Positions 50,327 through 61,632 of a stretch of 64,000 nt of DNA are shown here, piece after piece. A program made the translations under genes and the position numbers. Under the pieces are notes generated by a model that ran no database searches, was not told the origin of the DNA, and was given only the letters and a program-made list of their open reading frames with translations. The stretch lies in the NCBI GenBank assembly GCA_905178155.1, contig CAJINV010000005.1, positions 6,980,356-7,044,355 on the forward strand, read 5' to 3'. The stretch's first letter is position 1; each line of letters starts with the position of its first letter. Source of the stretch: Amoebophrya sp. A120 (lineage: Eukaryota; Protista; Dinoflagellata).

Positions 50327-51084
50327 GGCAAAGGCAGCGGAAGGGAATACTGACGAATAGGCAACGGTAGTTGATGTCACCCATCGTGTGGAGCAAGAAT
50401 AAGGTGGAGAACTTTTGAAAAATTCGTGGAAGTCGTGTATTTTCGTCGCATTTTTGCAATAAGCTAGACCACTCAAGAGCATCAAGGTCTTGTGCCCGTA
50501 GTATACTTTTTTGGTGACTACAGCTGCGTGCGTGCGCAGGCGTCAAGCGGAAGTTCGTTTCCGATACGTCTCAAAGACTTCTAGCAGTAGCGGCATATAT
50601 CCTCCAGAGAATATATGTAACAACTTCGTTGCTGTTCTCATTCTCAAATGAATCGCTTCCACCGACTCACAAAAAAAATTGTATTTGCGGAATGCGTTAA
50701 ACGCATTCTGTGCGTGCTTCCAGTCGTGCTGACCAAGTTTTTTCTCATTTTCTGTGTGGTCGTGGTCTTGTTCGTCCTTTTATTTGACCTTCGTCCAGCT
50801 TTTCAGTTTCGTTTACTCGTGATTTCGTTCACTTTTATTTTGGTGCATTCGCTGGCTATGCTGCACGACGTGAAGAGGCAGCACATCATGGTCAGCTTTC
50901 ATCTTGTAGTGGATTCTTTTCCACCTCAGAAGGTGGTCCGATGGAAGCACCATACCCAGTCTGGGTGCAGATGTAGTTGTTCGAGCGAAGTTTCAATAAA
51001 ATGATTGTCTCAGACACCGACCTGGCGAGGGGGTATAGTTGCCTCTTCTGCATGACAAACTGCAAACCGCCCCCAGATTGTCTC

Positions 51085-51220
51085 AGAGGAGGACAACTGG
51101 GACTGGTTTTGGCTCGGGGGAACAAATGAGGAGGGAGTGGAGGAGAAGGGGGTAAACGAAAAAATGGACGAGATTCTCGGGCATTGGAAGTACTACAACG
51201 AGTTTCCGGTGGAGAAGTGA
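51085..51220 (+). pseudogene. Partial paralog of the 3' end of the 48880-50326 gene (empty site)
   Basis: EEDNWDWFWLGGTNEEGVEEKGVNEKMDEILGHWKYYNEFPVEK*; no upstream exon found. Confidence 0.65.
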
Positions 51221-52127
51221 GGAAATAAGTACCCCATTGGGGGGATGGTGGATGGTCGTAGACGTTTGCATTTGAGTTTGAACGTAGTACAGGAAGTCAA
51301 TGGTACAGGAAGTCAATGTATCCCCTGGCTACGAACGGCCGCGATATTGTTTCGATTTTCTAGAGGATTTGATACCAACCAAACTAGCTCTTATTCTGTG
51401 TCGTGGCTTGTTTGTGATTTTTCGCAACTTCAAATTACGAAACAACTCGCGATCATCGTGCTCGATGAAAAAGCGGGCCCATCATCAATTTAGCTAAACG
51501 CGACTGTTCGTAGTTTGCGTTTGACATCAGAAAGATTAAGCACCGAAGCCAGCTGCTCGACCAATAATTTCTATTGCTGTTTTACCAACTACAGCTGAAA
51601 GTAGAAAAAACCGAATTCGGATATTAATCTTCTGCTGCATTATTTGCATTCGTTGATCTTTCGCTTGCGTTTTCGTCCTCTTTCTGCAGTCGTCCAGCTT
51701 TTTGTGCTTTCGAGGTTCTTTCGTACACAGTCTGAGTCTGGTGTCATCCAGGACTCTAATTTCGTTTTCCGGAAAAGTTTCGTGCGAGGCGCGCTCTTTT
51801 TCGTCCTCTTAGTTACATGATGAAGCGCTTTTACGTCGCCTATTGCTAGTTTTTCTCTCCGACGTACTACTACGCCAACTGCTATAAATATACAGTGCAT
51901 GATATACTTATACACTTGACATTTAGCATTCACTTGCAAGAAGTGGTCGTAGCACCTAGCATCATTCAGATTTACGCACAGGACGCGACCACCCCGCTGT
52001 AGCTAAATCTCAGCAACCAGGAGGGGAACGGCTTTTTACCTGTTGCACCTGCTTCCCTACAACTCGCCAACTACTTACACCTGCTTGACACTCCTCCTCT
52101 ACAGGTAGAACGCTGCCCAATAAAAAC

Positions 52128-53126
52128 ATGTCCACGCGCACTACAGCATCTGCATCCTCAAAAAGGCGAGCCCCTACGGCGTCCGCTGCGAAGATCACGC
52201 TGTTGACAACTCTCATCACTGATTTCAGTCCCTCTCCGCCCTCACTTGTCTTCGCGATGAAGCAGCACCAGACGCATCGGCGGCTGGCGCTGGACAGCCG
52301 AAACACGATGCGAAGCCTGCGGGCCGCCACGCGCGTCCAGAGGAGGTCTGGGCAGAAAATGTTGTTTGGAGATAACATTAACAAGAAAAAATCGACTCGG
52401 AAGACAACAACAGCTTCCAAAGCCGACGATGAGGATGGAGGTGATGGCGACGATGAGGATGGGTATGATGATGATGGTGATGATGATGACGGTGATGATG
52501 ATGCCGAAGGAAGATCCACCCAACAGACAGTTGGCGGAGAACCGATTCTCGATGGAGAAGCTGGCTCGAGCTTCGGCCCCCCGCCTCCCCCGCCGCGCGG
52601 TGGTCTTACTGAAAATAAATCGGACCCGGTGTTGAAAGCGTTGGGAGAAGTCACTCAGGGATTGGAGGAAAACAATTCCAAAATCGCGGACCTGGAAAAG
52701 GAGCTTACTGACATGACTATCCAATGCAAATACTGTTCATTCTGTTGAGAAATCACTGGATTTGTGATGCGAGAGTTCAAGAACGACGGCTGGGGGATCA
52801 TGATCTGTGGTGCATGTTGTCATGATGGGTAGCAGTCCTACCGAAAAACTTGAGACGCGTTCTTGCCGCGCAAACAAAGCGACGCTCTGTCATGCAAGGC
52901 GCAGTATGACAATGTTGACAAGAAGAAGAACTCGCGCAGCGCTTTCTTCCTGACTGAGCCAAGAACACATTTGCATTGCATAATGAAAGAGGAGGAGCAA
53001 AACAACTGGAACTGGTTTTGGTACGGCGGGACCCACGACGGGAAGGACCATCCTGGGATGGACCACAAGATCGACGAAATGCTGCAGAAGCAGGATGATG
53101 TTTTGAAAAAACTGCCGTCGCAATAA
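52128..53126 (+). CDS. Hypothetical secreted protein with D-rich tract and NWNWFWYGG motif, 2 exons
   Basis: ORF 52128-52748 joins 52863-53126 across 52718-52982. Confidence 0.75.
52718..52982. mobile_element. Introner-like intron
   Basis: tatccaatgcaaat...atttgcattgcata; TSD atgac/atgaa. Confidence 0.88.
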
Positions 53127-53829
53127 GAGCATTCGACGTTTTACTTGCAGCTGATTGATCATGGTGGCGGCAACTACACGTTGTACTATCCCGGAGATAA
53201 AGTAGAGCTCTAGCATAGCATGAGGTTCGTAACAAGTGCAAATATTCTGGGCACTTAAATGTTTTTTTTCATTCTTTCCCTTCACCTTGTACATACCTGT
53301 TATTTATACTCTCGTTCTCGCTCCACTAGCAGTGGCAGAAGTACGTCTTGCATTATACCGAATTTTGCGTACTACAATCTTCCTCTGGCGACAATCTCCC
53401 GGCTGGCGAAAAGATAGGAAGACCGGCCTTCAAGCGCAGCCCCGCCCCACCCAAGTACAAGTAGAACTCTTTTCCTGCATCATTCCGGTATTCCCCCGCG
53501 ATGAAGGCAGAATAAACCCACCATGTGCATAATTCAAAAATGGTACTACTCCCAGCGGCAAGTTGTACCACCCACAAAAAAAATTTTTCCCCACCCGCGT
53601 GGAAGGAACAAAAACAACGCTAGAACAATTTTCCTCTTCGCTATCCGCCTTCATGATAGGTCGCCATATCCCGGCTTAAGAAACAAAAATGGTTTCGAGT
53701 TCGAGGAACCGTGTGTGCCGAAGATTTCTTCGACCCGGAAAATACTGCATGGCACAAAAGGAAAAACGGAAGCAGCTCTTTATCCTGTTTCATCTTCACG
53801 CAGAGAAGGAAGGCGGTACTGCAGTGAGT

Positions 53830-54598
53830 TACAGCTTGGACGGCCGTTAGAAATCATCTTGGCGAATTTCTTGCGAATTTATAGGGGAAAGACCCGCAGC
53901 GCGGCCTTGGCATTGGGGTCGGGCTTGGGATTCTGCGTTGCCAACGCATCTATGACGCCCCGCCGCTCGTATTGCGCGTCTTTTTGGTGTCCCGACGAGG
54001 AGGGGCAAAGCCAGCAAAATCTTTCCGCGCCGGGCGCCTTGGTCTGTGCCCGAGTTTTGGGCCCAGTGGCTGCACTAATGTGCCCCACCTAGGAGCACCA
54101 TCGCGCCACACCGGGAACAGAGCTCGCGCGCGATGGACAGGGAGGGCATCCATTGCACCCCCTTCCCCCTGAGTTGTCCTCGAATGCCAAGAGTTTTGCT
54201 CTTGCGACAGGTGAGCACAAATCTGTGCATTTTGGAACACAAGGCCTCGGGACTTGGTCTACAGATTTTGCCTCTGCGAATTTAGAAAAGTGGCCCTCGC
54301 GAATTTCGCGCGAATTTAGAAAAGTGGCCCTCGCGAATTTCGAAAGCCCGACCTGAAATTGCGTTTTTTTCTAAATTCGCGCGAAATTCGCGAGGGCCAC
54401 TTTTCTAAATTCGCAGAGGCAGCTTTTGCAAATTCGCACGGGTCACCTTTGTAAATTCGCAAATCGAGAATACCGCCCTGATTGGGCATGCCTTTAAACG
54501 CTTAGCCCGATGGCATTCTGGTGGTCCAACTTTAGCAAAATTCAAAAGTTACATCTGGAGCCGCATGATATGATGAGAAAGTGGCTGCGACTGTTTTT
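53830..54598. mobile_element. GC-rich insertion with GCGAATTT repeats and a hairpin, flanked by a 46-49 bp duplication
   Basis: Absent from the paralogous segment near 24560-24610; flanks 53784-53829 and 54599-54647. Confidence 0.7.
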
Positions 54599-55276
54599 CC
54601 TGTTTCATCTTCAGGCAGAGAAGGAGGGCGGTAGTACTGCAGTGAGTCGTTTCAAAAGTTTTTACTTCGTCCATCAAGACGTAAAAGAGTCTGCTTCAGA
54701 GTAGTCGTAGTCGTACTACGCGACTGCCCAAAAACACCAAGAAGTCGCTCACTACTACAAAAAAGAACAAGTTGTAGTTCTCGCCGTGGTCCAGAAATCA
54801 TCGACTACTACAGAACTTCTTCGTCTTCTCGTGCATAAGTAATTTCTCGTCAACATCGTGAAAAACCGCTTTGTCGTCCACTGATCGTAAGCGACGACCC
54901 AGGATCGTAGTGTTTCTACTTTCGTGGTACACCAATTGATAATCCTCTAGATGTACTTCTGAGTTTGTCGCAGGAGCACTAGGATAGTATGCAAGTAGTC
55001 GATCTTTCAACACTTTCAGTAGTGCAGTCAGGAACAAATGAAAAAACCACACGCTCCCCTAATAATTGCAATTGGCGTGGTTTTTCTGCATCCTTCTAAG
55101 AAGGATGCAGAAAAATCACGCTTGATTCTTCTTGCGTGCAACTTCTTCCCGGTGTCGAAACCAAAGTAGAGCAGGACATCCCCCACGTTCCCCTCAGTAC
55201 GTACACGTAGGTGTGCAGGAGATCTCCCTTTTCCGTTTTTTACTTTCTATCAAGTCGTCGCTCATAAGTAAATACT

Positions 55277-58269
55277 ATGATGACGCTGCAGCACGAGCAC
55301 CACGACGTCGAGGACAAAAATGTGTTGAAGAAGCATGTGAAGATTTTTTCATGGTGCGCTCTTCTTCATCTCCAGCACAAATCCTGCACGGTGAGCTGCG
55401 CGAGCACGGACGAACACCCGCCCACCACGCGTACAACTACCAAGCGCGCCAGGAACCCCACCTTTTTTTGTCCCGACCCTGGGCAATGCGTTCGAGACAA
55501 GCCGATGGATAGGGTTCTATCTTCCATTCTTGCAAGTGAAGAGGAAGAAGCATTTTCAACAAGTATTACACTACCTCGAAGCAACGATGAAAGTAACAAG
55601 TTCTACCAGATCCGCTCCGAGTGCGTTCCGATGGCGCCGTCCCGCAAATTTCTGAATCCGAAGACGCCGGGGAAAGAACCGGCATTCACGCCCTTTCCGA
55701 GAAAGAACGAAGACGATGAACAAGAAGTGGACCTCCACTTGAGCAGGTACTACGCGACCCCGCCATGTCCCGAGGTGCGAGAGTGCCTGGAGCTGCTCGG
55801 CCCGAATATTTTTACCGTTACCCCAAGAATTTGGCGCCCGGACGAGCCCCTCGACTCGCCCTCGCGACAAGGGCAGACGCAGATGAGCAGGACAGAAAAT
55901 ACTAACTTGTGGTCCCCCGAAGAATACGACGACGGCGAGGATCCTCTGCATCGGACGATGCGGTGCGACGTCAGTGGGATTTTTACGAACAACTGGTCCG
56001 AGGAATTTAAACGGGCACAACAAGTCGTCCGGGATGATGTCGCCCCAAACCGGTTGACGGAAACTTCCCATAAACCAGCATATATGGACCCAGAATTCCT
56101 GTCCACCGCTTTTTGCGTGACCGAAGTAAATAAAGAAAAGGACGACCAACAACCAGACGGAGACGTCGAGGCGAGTAAGGTCGTGAAAGGGCAGGAGAAG
56201 AAGGGACGTCGAGCTCGAGACGACGAGAGGACTGCATCGTCGGGTTCTACAACTTCTTCTTCGAAAGAGTTGTCTACTTCAGAAGTGCAGAGGGCCCCCG
56301 CTGCAGCACATCATGTTGACACGACCAAGGATGTTGAACAAAAAGAACTGAAATGCGTGTTTACGGCCACCCACCTCGACGCGCACGCAGAGACGTGGAA
56401 AGCAAAGGAAAATTCTCAGGGAGATGATTTCGACTCGCAGGTGGCCGATTTAGGGGAAAACGGCATCGCCCCGACTGCTATGGAACAACCGGGAAGATCA
56501 CATTCACAACTTGGCGCAGCCGCCCCAAGCTGCCGAAAAGTGGACGACTGTGTCGCCCTTTTGTCATCCGGATATGACTTGGACCTCCCCAAGGCTAAGA
56601 ATCAAAGCGACGCAGCGCCGCGCATGAAAGTGGCAAAATATTTAGAGAAAAAACGGGCCGCCGCGAAAAAAGTTGTTGATGAGAAGGAGGCAACATTAAG
56701 TAGAACGAGTCCACCACCAAACACGACTTCTTCTACAAAAGGAAATAAAGCGTCAACATCTTCCGTCACGCTGGCTCCTGCAGAAGAGGACGACGAGCAG
56801 GAGTTGTTGTTCACCGGTGGATCATCAACATCAACGCAGAAAATAAACCAGATTTCCCCAAGAACGCCGCCGCCTTCTCGAGTCGCTACGGGCGGCGCGC
56901 CCAACGAGCCGGACGCGGCTTTCCAAGTATCGTAAGGAAAGATCCCCCCTGCCCATATCGAAAAGGACCCCATAGAAAATTTGCAATGCTGATTTGTGGC
57001 CACAAGTCGTCTCTGTCTTGCAAGAAGACAACCCCACAGGCTGCGCCGCATTATGCGGGCGGTTTGTGATGCTGTTGGGCCAGGGCCTGCAGTGTGGGCA
57101 TTTGTAATGCTGGGCGCCTACGTCAAAACCCCGCTGCCCCGGGTTGGCATGTGCCTGCGGTTCTCTGCTGCAAGACAAACCTGATTCGTGTACGCAAATC
57201 CAGCACCACAGAGCTCCTTTTCGATGTGAGGAGGTGGGGTCTTTCCTTTTGATACCAAGACGAGGTTGACTACACTAGAAACCGAATCGCCGCCGAAATG
57301 GTAGTGTTGCGGCGAGAGGTTGATAAACATAAATTGGAGGCAATGCTTATCCTGAGTAAAAACGTACCCACACCAGAGTCAGGAGGGGGATTTTGCAACA
57401 CAAACCTAGGAGTTTTCTGAGTCACGCATGACAAGTTTCAGTCCGTAAGGTAGTGCAAGTTAGCAAGGAAAGCCGCATCACAAATCGACCTTCTGATCCT
57501 GTTTACAGCATTACAAGTTCCCAAACACGATTGAAAATGCCTGTCATGGGGTTGCGCATCACAAATGTTCCTGTCATGGCAAATCTGCATGACAACTCTG
57601 GGGTGGGTACGTTTTTACTCAGGATAATGCTCTCTGACAAGGAGAAAAATAGGAAAACACTCCTGGATTTGCTGGAAGAGAAGGTAAAGAAAAAAAAGAA
57701 ACGCTGCGATGAAGACCAAATTGACGCTGCTACGGCCGATAACCTAAAAGCGCTTCTCCACTCCGAGCAGGGGAAGCTCAAGATGCAGGTGGAAGCGGCG
57801 GGCAACGTGGTTGCTGAGAAAGTAGGAGGAGGAGATTCATCAGATTCTGCACAACTACGCAGTAGTAACATGATTCACACCTTGGAAAAAACTACAAAAG
57901 CCAACTTCGACAAAATTAGTACCGACAATTGGAATTGGTTTTGGCACGGCGGCGATCTAGTGGAGTTTGAAACCGGAAAAGTTTTGGTATGAACTGCAAA
58001 AATGTCGTACTAGTATAGTAAGTATGAATTGCATTACAAATTCGCCCAGCGTTACAATCGAATCTGTAATGCTGATTTACCTTGAGAAAGCAAAGGGATT
58101 TCTTTGTAATGCATAAACGCAATTACTACGAGTACGATGCTTTTGCACAGGATATTTGGAAAAAGACGCCGACTCGTTCGTGTCCAAAGTGGACACGTTG
58201 TTGGCGCAGTGGGAGACGTTTCATCACGGGGACAATGAAAATGATGGGGGCGAAGAGATGAAGAATTAA
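55277..58269 (+). CDS. Large hypothetical protein ending in an NWNWFWHGG domain, 4 exons
   Basis: 552-aa ORF continued in frame across 56928-57254, 57348-57626 and 57988-58154. Confidence 0.75.
56928..57254. mobile_element. Introner-like intron
   Basis: tatcgtaaggaaaga...tctttccttttgata; TSD ccaag. Confidence 0.88.
57348..57626. mobile_element. Introner-like intron, family H
   Basis: Perfect TIR tatcctgagtaaaaacgtacccac; TSD atgct. Confidence 0.93.
57988..58154. mobile_element. Introner-like intron, family A
   Basis: tatgaactgcaaaa...ttttgcacaggata; TSD tttgg. Confidence 0.9.
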
Positions 58270-59375
58270 TAAAACAACAAAAAGAAACAGTTCTTCTTCT
58301 TCTTGATTATTTGCATCTTTTTCAAGGTTTCTCATTCTCTGTATAGAGACGAGGTACCGGCAGAGCACTTCACTTGTTGCGTTTTTACCCAGCCGGCCTA
58401 GCGATTTTTTTATCTTGTTCGTCACTTCATTCTAAACCGAGTAAACGTATTTCTCGCTGGTGTTGCTTGTGAGTTTGTTTCTCAAAAAAAAATGTTAACG
58501 CTCGCTCGTGACACAGTAGCGCAATTCAGTGTCCGTCAGACGCGCTTGGTTGCATGGAATTATATCTCTAGTAGGCGAGCAGCCTGCTGTTTTGCGATCA
58601 TTGGTTGCGAGACCACGACCGGGGAAAATCGTAATCGATTTGCACAGCGCTTTTTTGATGATCCTATTGTTCAACTTGCAGCAGCTGCAGACGTCCGCAG
58701 CCATGGCCATCCGTGAAGATCCTCAGGTGGGATGGTATTGGAGGCATCCCCCCCCAGAACATGATCAAACTCAAACACAGATGTTGACTTCGAAGAGCAC
58801 GAGCGTTGCATATTGGCCTCTGCTTCCTCCATGCCTGATCCACTCAGAGACGTGGACGCAGGCGATAGATTGATCCACTTTCGCGATGTTTCTTGAAAAG
58901 ACGAGCAAGTTCGTACTCAATTACCTTCCCGCCGAGCTGTAAAGTTGTTTCCGATTGAAAATAGACGGAGCTAGAACGTCAAGGGCGTAGTTCTTTTACG
59001 ATCGAAGTAAGTTGTAGCTCTGAAGATGGTGCAGTACAGCAGGTACAACTAGTAGATCATGTTCCTTCACAAAAAAAGATGATAGATAGAAGATAGACGA
59101 AAATAAATGTGTGCAGCTGCGGGGAAGCAAACTCTCACTCCCGCTTGTTGTTTTGTTGAAATAGTTTTCAGCTGCGATGCAATTCCATTTGCATGATATG
59201 CATAGATATGCTTCACCCTTATCTTGGCACTTCGTCAAAAAGAAGGAAAAAAAGTTTTGACTAAGCCCCGTTTTGATATTTTTACTGATCTGACACATCA
59301 TACCGCCATAGTTTCACAAAGAAACACAGTCTAGTCTCACTAGACAATAGAGAAAGAGAAACCGCAATAATCAAG

Positions 59376-60433
59376 ATGGGACAAGCGCAGAGCAGTAGCA
59401 CTATTTCGACGTGCCCGACCACAACGACGGCAAGCACCACGACATCATCCCAAGGAGGCGCACAACAACAACCCACGGCTACTTTACCACCTCATAGCGT
59501 AATTATAGTCGAATCCCCCATGCAGCGCAACCTGGCCCTAATCCAAGGTATCATTTCCGCCTCGCTGTACCAATCTGGCGAGTTTAATGAGCTACGGGAA
59601 AATACAAAGCTGACGTTTCAGGTTGAATTTAAGGACAGAGCCCTGCCGGAAAACAGGCCCCTTTGCGAAGCTGCATTGGGTACTAGAAGTTATGCATGGC
59701 ACAAGTATCGTACTAGTACAAATAGCATGACAAATTTTAGCAAAAGGAAAAATGGAGTTTGTAATGCTGATTGAGGTAAAATGGTAGATCTGTCATGCAA
59801 GACTGCCATTCATACGAGTACGTTACTTTTGCACAGGATAGAAATTCATCTTCTGGAGCAGGAGTTGTGGACCAAGCTGCGACCCCCGGGGGGGTCGTGA
59901 TGAACTACAACTCGATTGACGATCCGAAAAAGTACCCAGTTGTGTTTTTGTACACGTTTTGCCCACCTGCTGCTGCAAATAGTGATGCCGGAGCTCCTAC
60001 GTCTGCAGCCTCGACCGGCGGCGGTGGAAGTGGTCCTGGTTGCTTCATGTACCACCCGTATGTAGCAAGTGACCCGACGGAGAGAATGTTGCTGCATCAA
60101 GCGATTTATGCAGTGCAAAAATTATATCGTACGTGGTAGTAATTGTTGTTATGCATCCATGACAAATCTCCTATACTAAGCCTAAGGTAAAACAGCATTG
60201 CAAATTTCATTTGTAATGCTAGTAAAGCAAATTTGTAATGCACTGACTACTAGTACGATACTTTTGCAACGCATACGATTGAGAGGAGGGTGAAGGACAT
60301 TTTGTGCCGGGAGCCACACTCTTTTGCGGTAAACGCAAATTTCGCGGCGCGGGTAAATTTGGTGTGCGTCGATGGGGGGGTGAGTGACAAATTATGTGTG
60401 ACCGAAACGATAACTGTACAGAAGTTTGGGTAA
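59376..60433 (+). CDS. Hypothetical protein with possible N-myristoylation start (MGQAQS), 3 exons
   Basis: ORFs 59376-59774, 59795-60139 and a final exon join across two TIR introns. Confidence 0.7.
59691..59840. mobile_element. Introner-like intron, family A
   Basis: tatgcatggcacaag...cttttgcacaggata; TSD gaagt/gaaat. Confidence 0.88.
60107..60275. mobile_element. Introner-like intron, family A
   Basis: tatgcagtgcaaaa...ttttgcaacgcata; TSD cgatt. Confidence 0.9.
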
Positions 60434-61632
60434 AGAGAAAAGGACGACCACGCCCACGGTGGGTTATGATAAGTATTAAACCGCTGCAGCATAACAGACC
60501 ATCTTTACAGACTGATTTTGAAGCTGATGATGTCAACAGGAGATAATTTATGCGAAGAAGTAAATTACTTACGACGAGGACTACAATCAAACACAATGGG
60601 TTCAATGTAGGAAGGAAAAGGAAAGCAAAAAGGTAGTTGTACCTAGCTGCGCGGCAGCGAGCTGTTTTGGTTGATTTGTAGAATTTTTCTGTTTTGATCA
60701 AATTGGTGGACATTTCTCGTTTCGCTTTCACGACAAAAAATCCAAAATCATGGTGATTGCTGCTGTTTACTGTGGTAAACCTTTTCTAAAAATGAACACA
60801 TATACATCTACTCCGAAAACGGAGCCGCTACTGTAGATGTAGTTACTTCTCCTACGAACACGGAATGGTCGTGTTTCCTTTCGCTGCTGTAGGTGTAGTG
60901 TCGCTGTTCCGATAACAAGTAGAAGCAGGTCTTCTGACGGAGAAAATCTTCAAATTCGTGCCGACTCATGATTCAAATTCGTAACTATCGTTCTTCATTC
61001 AAGTTAATGTGAGCTGTATCTTGAAGATGACATTGACAGCTGTAACTGTTAGTTTTCGTTCTACTGACCCGCCTTCTTTATAATATTCCCGATTTGATCT
61101 CGATGATCGATATACAATGCGGTCTGGTCGCGTTTTCGTCGTTGTCGTTATGTCGTACGACCTACAAGTACATTGTTTTCCTGTTTGTCATTGTCAGAGG
61201 TTCTACGTCCAACCGCACCAAAACTGTTCGTCCGCTGTTGCAAAATCGTACCTAGGAGGTGGTCGTGACGAAAGAAAATTTTGATTTTCGTATTTAGTTT
61301 TGCCAGCAGTTCTTGTTCTTCACCAGGATAATCAACCGCCGACATCGCTGCACCACCGTAAGTATCAAACCGTATAGACCGCCTTACACAAGAACAAGAT
61401 CCAGATCGATCTTGATCTCTTCATTTTTTCGAAAACTATTACAAAATAAAATCCAGCAGGAAAAACGAACAAGACACGAAGTGTCATCTCCTTCTTCTTT
61501 GTCCCTCTGTCTAGTCTTTCAGTATTTCAATCTTAATTTTTTACCTTTGCAACGGCTAGTCCGTCGTGAAGTAGAAGAAAACCCATCTAATTTAAAAACC
61601 CATCTCGTTTGGAGAGTCTTAATCTCAGGAAG

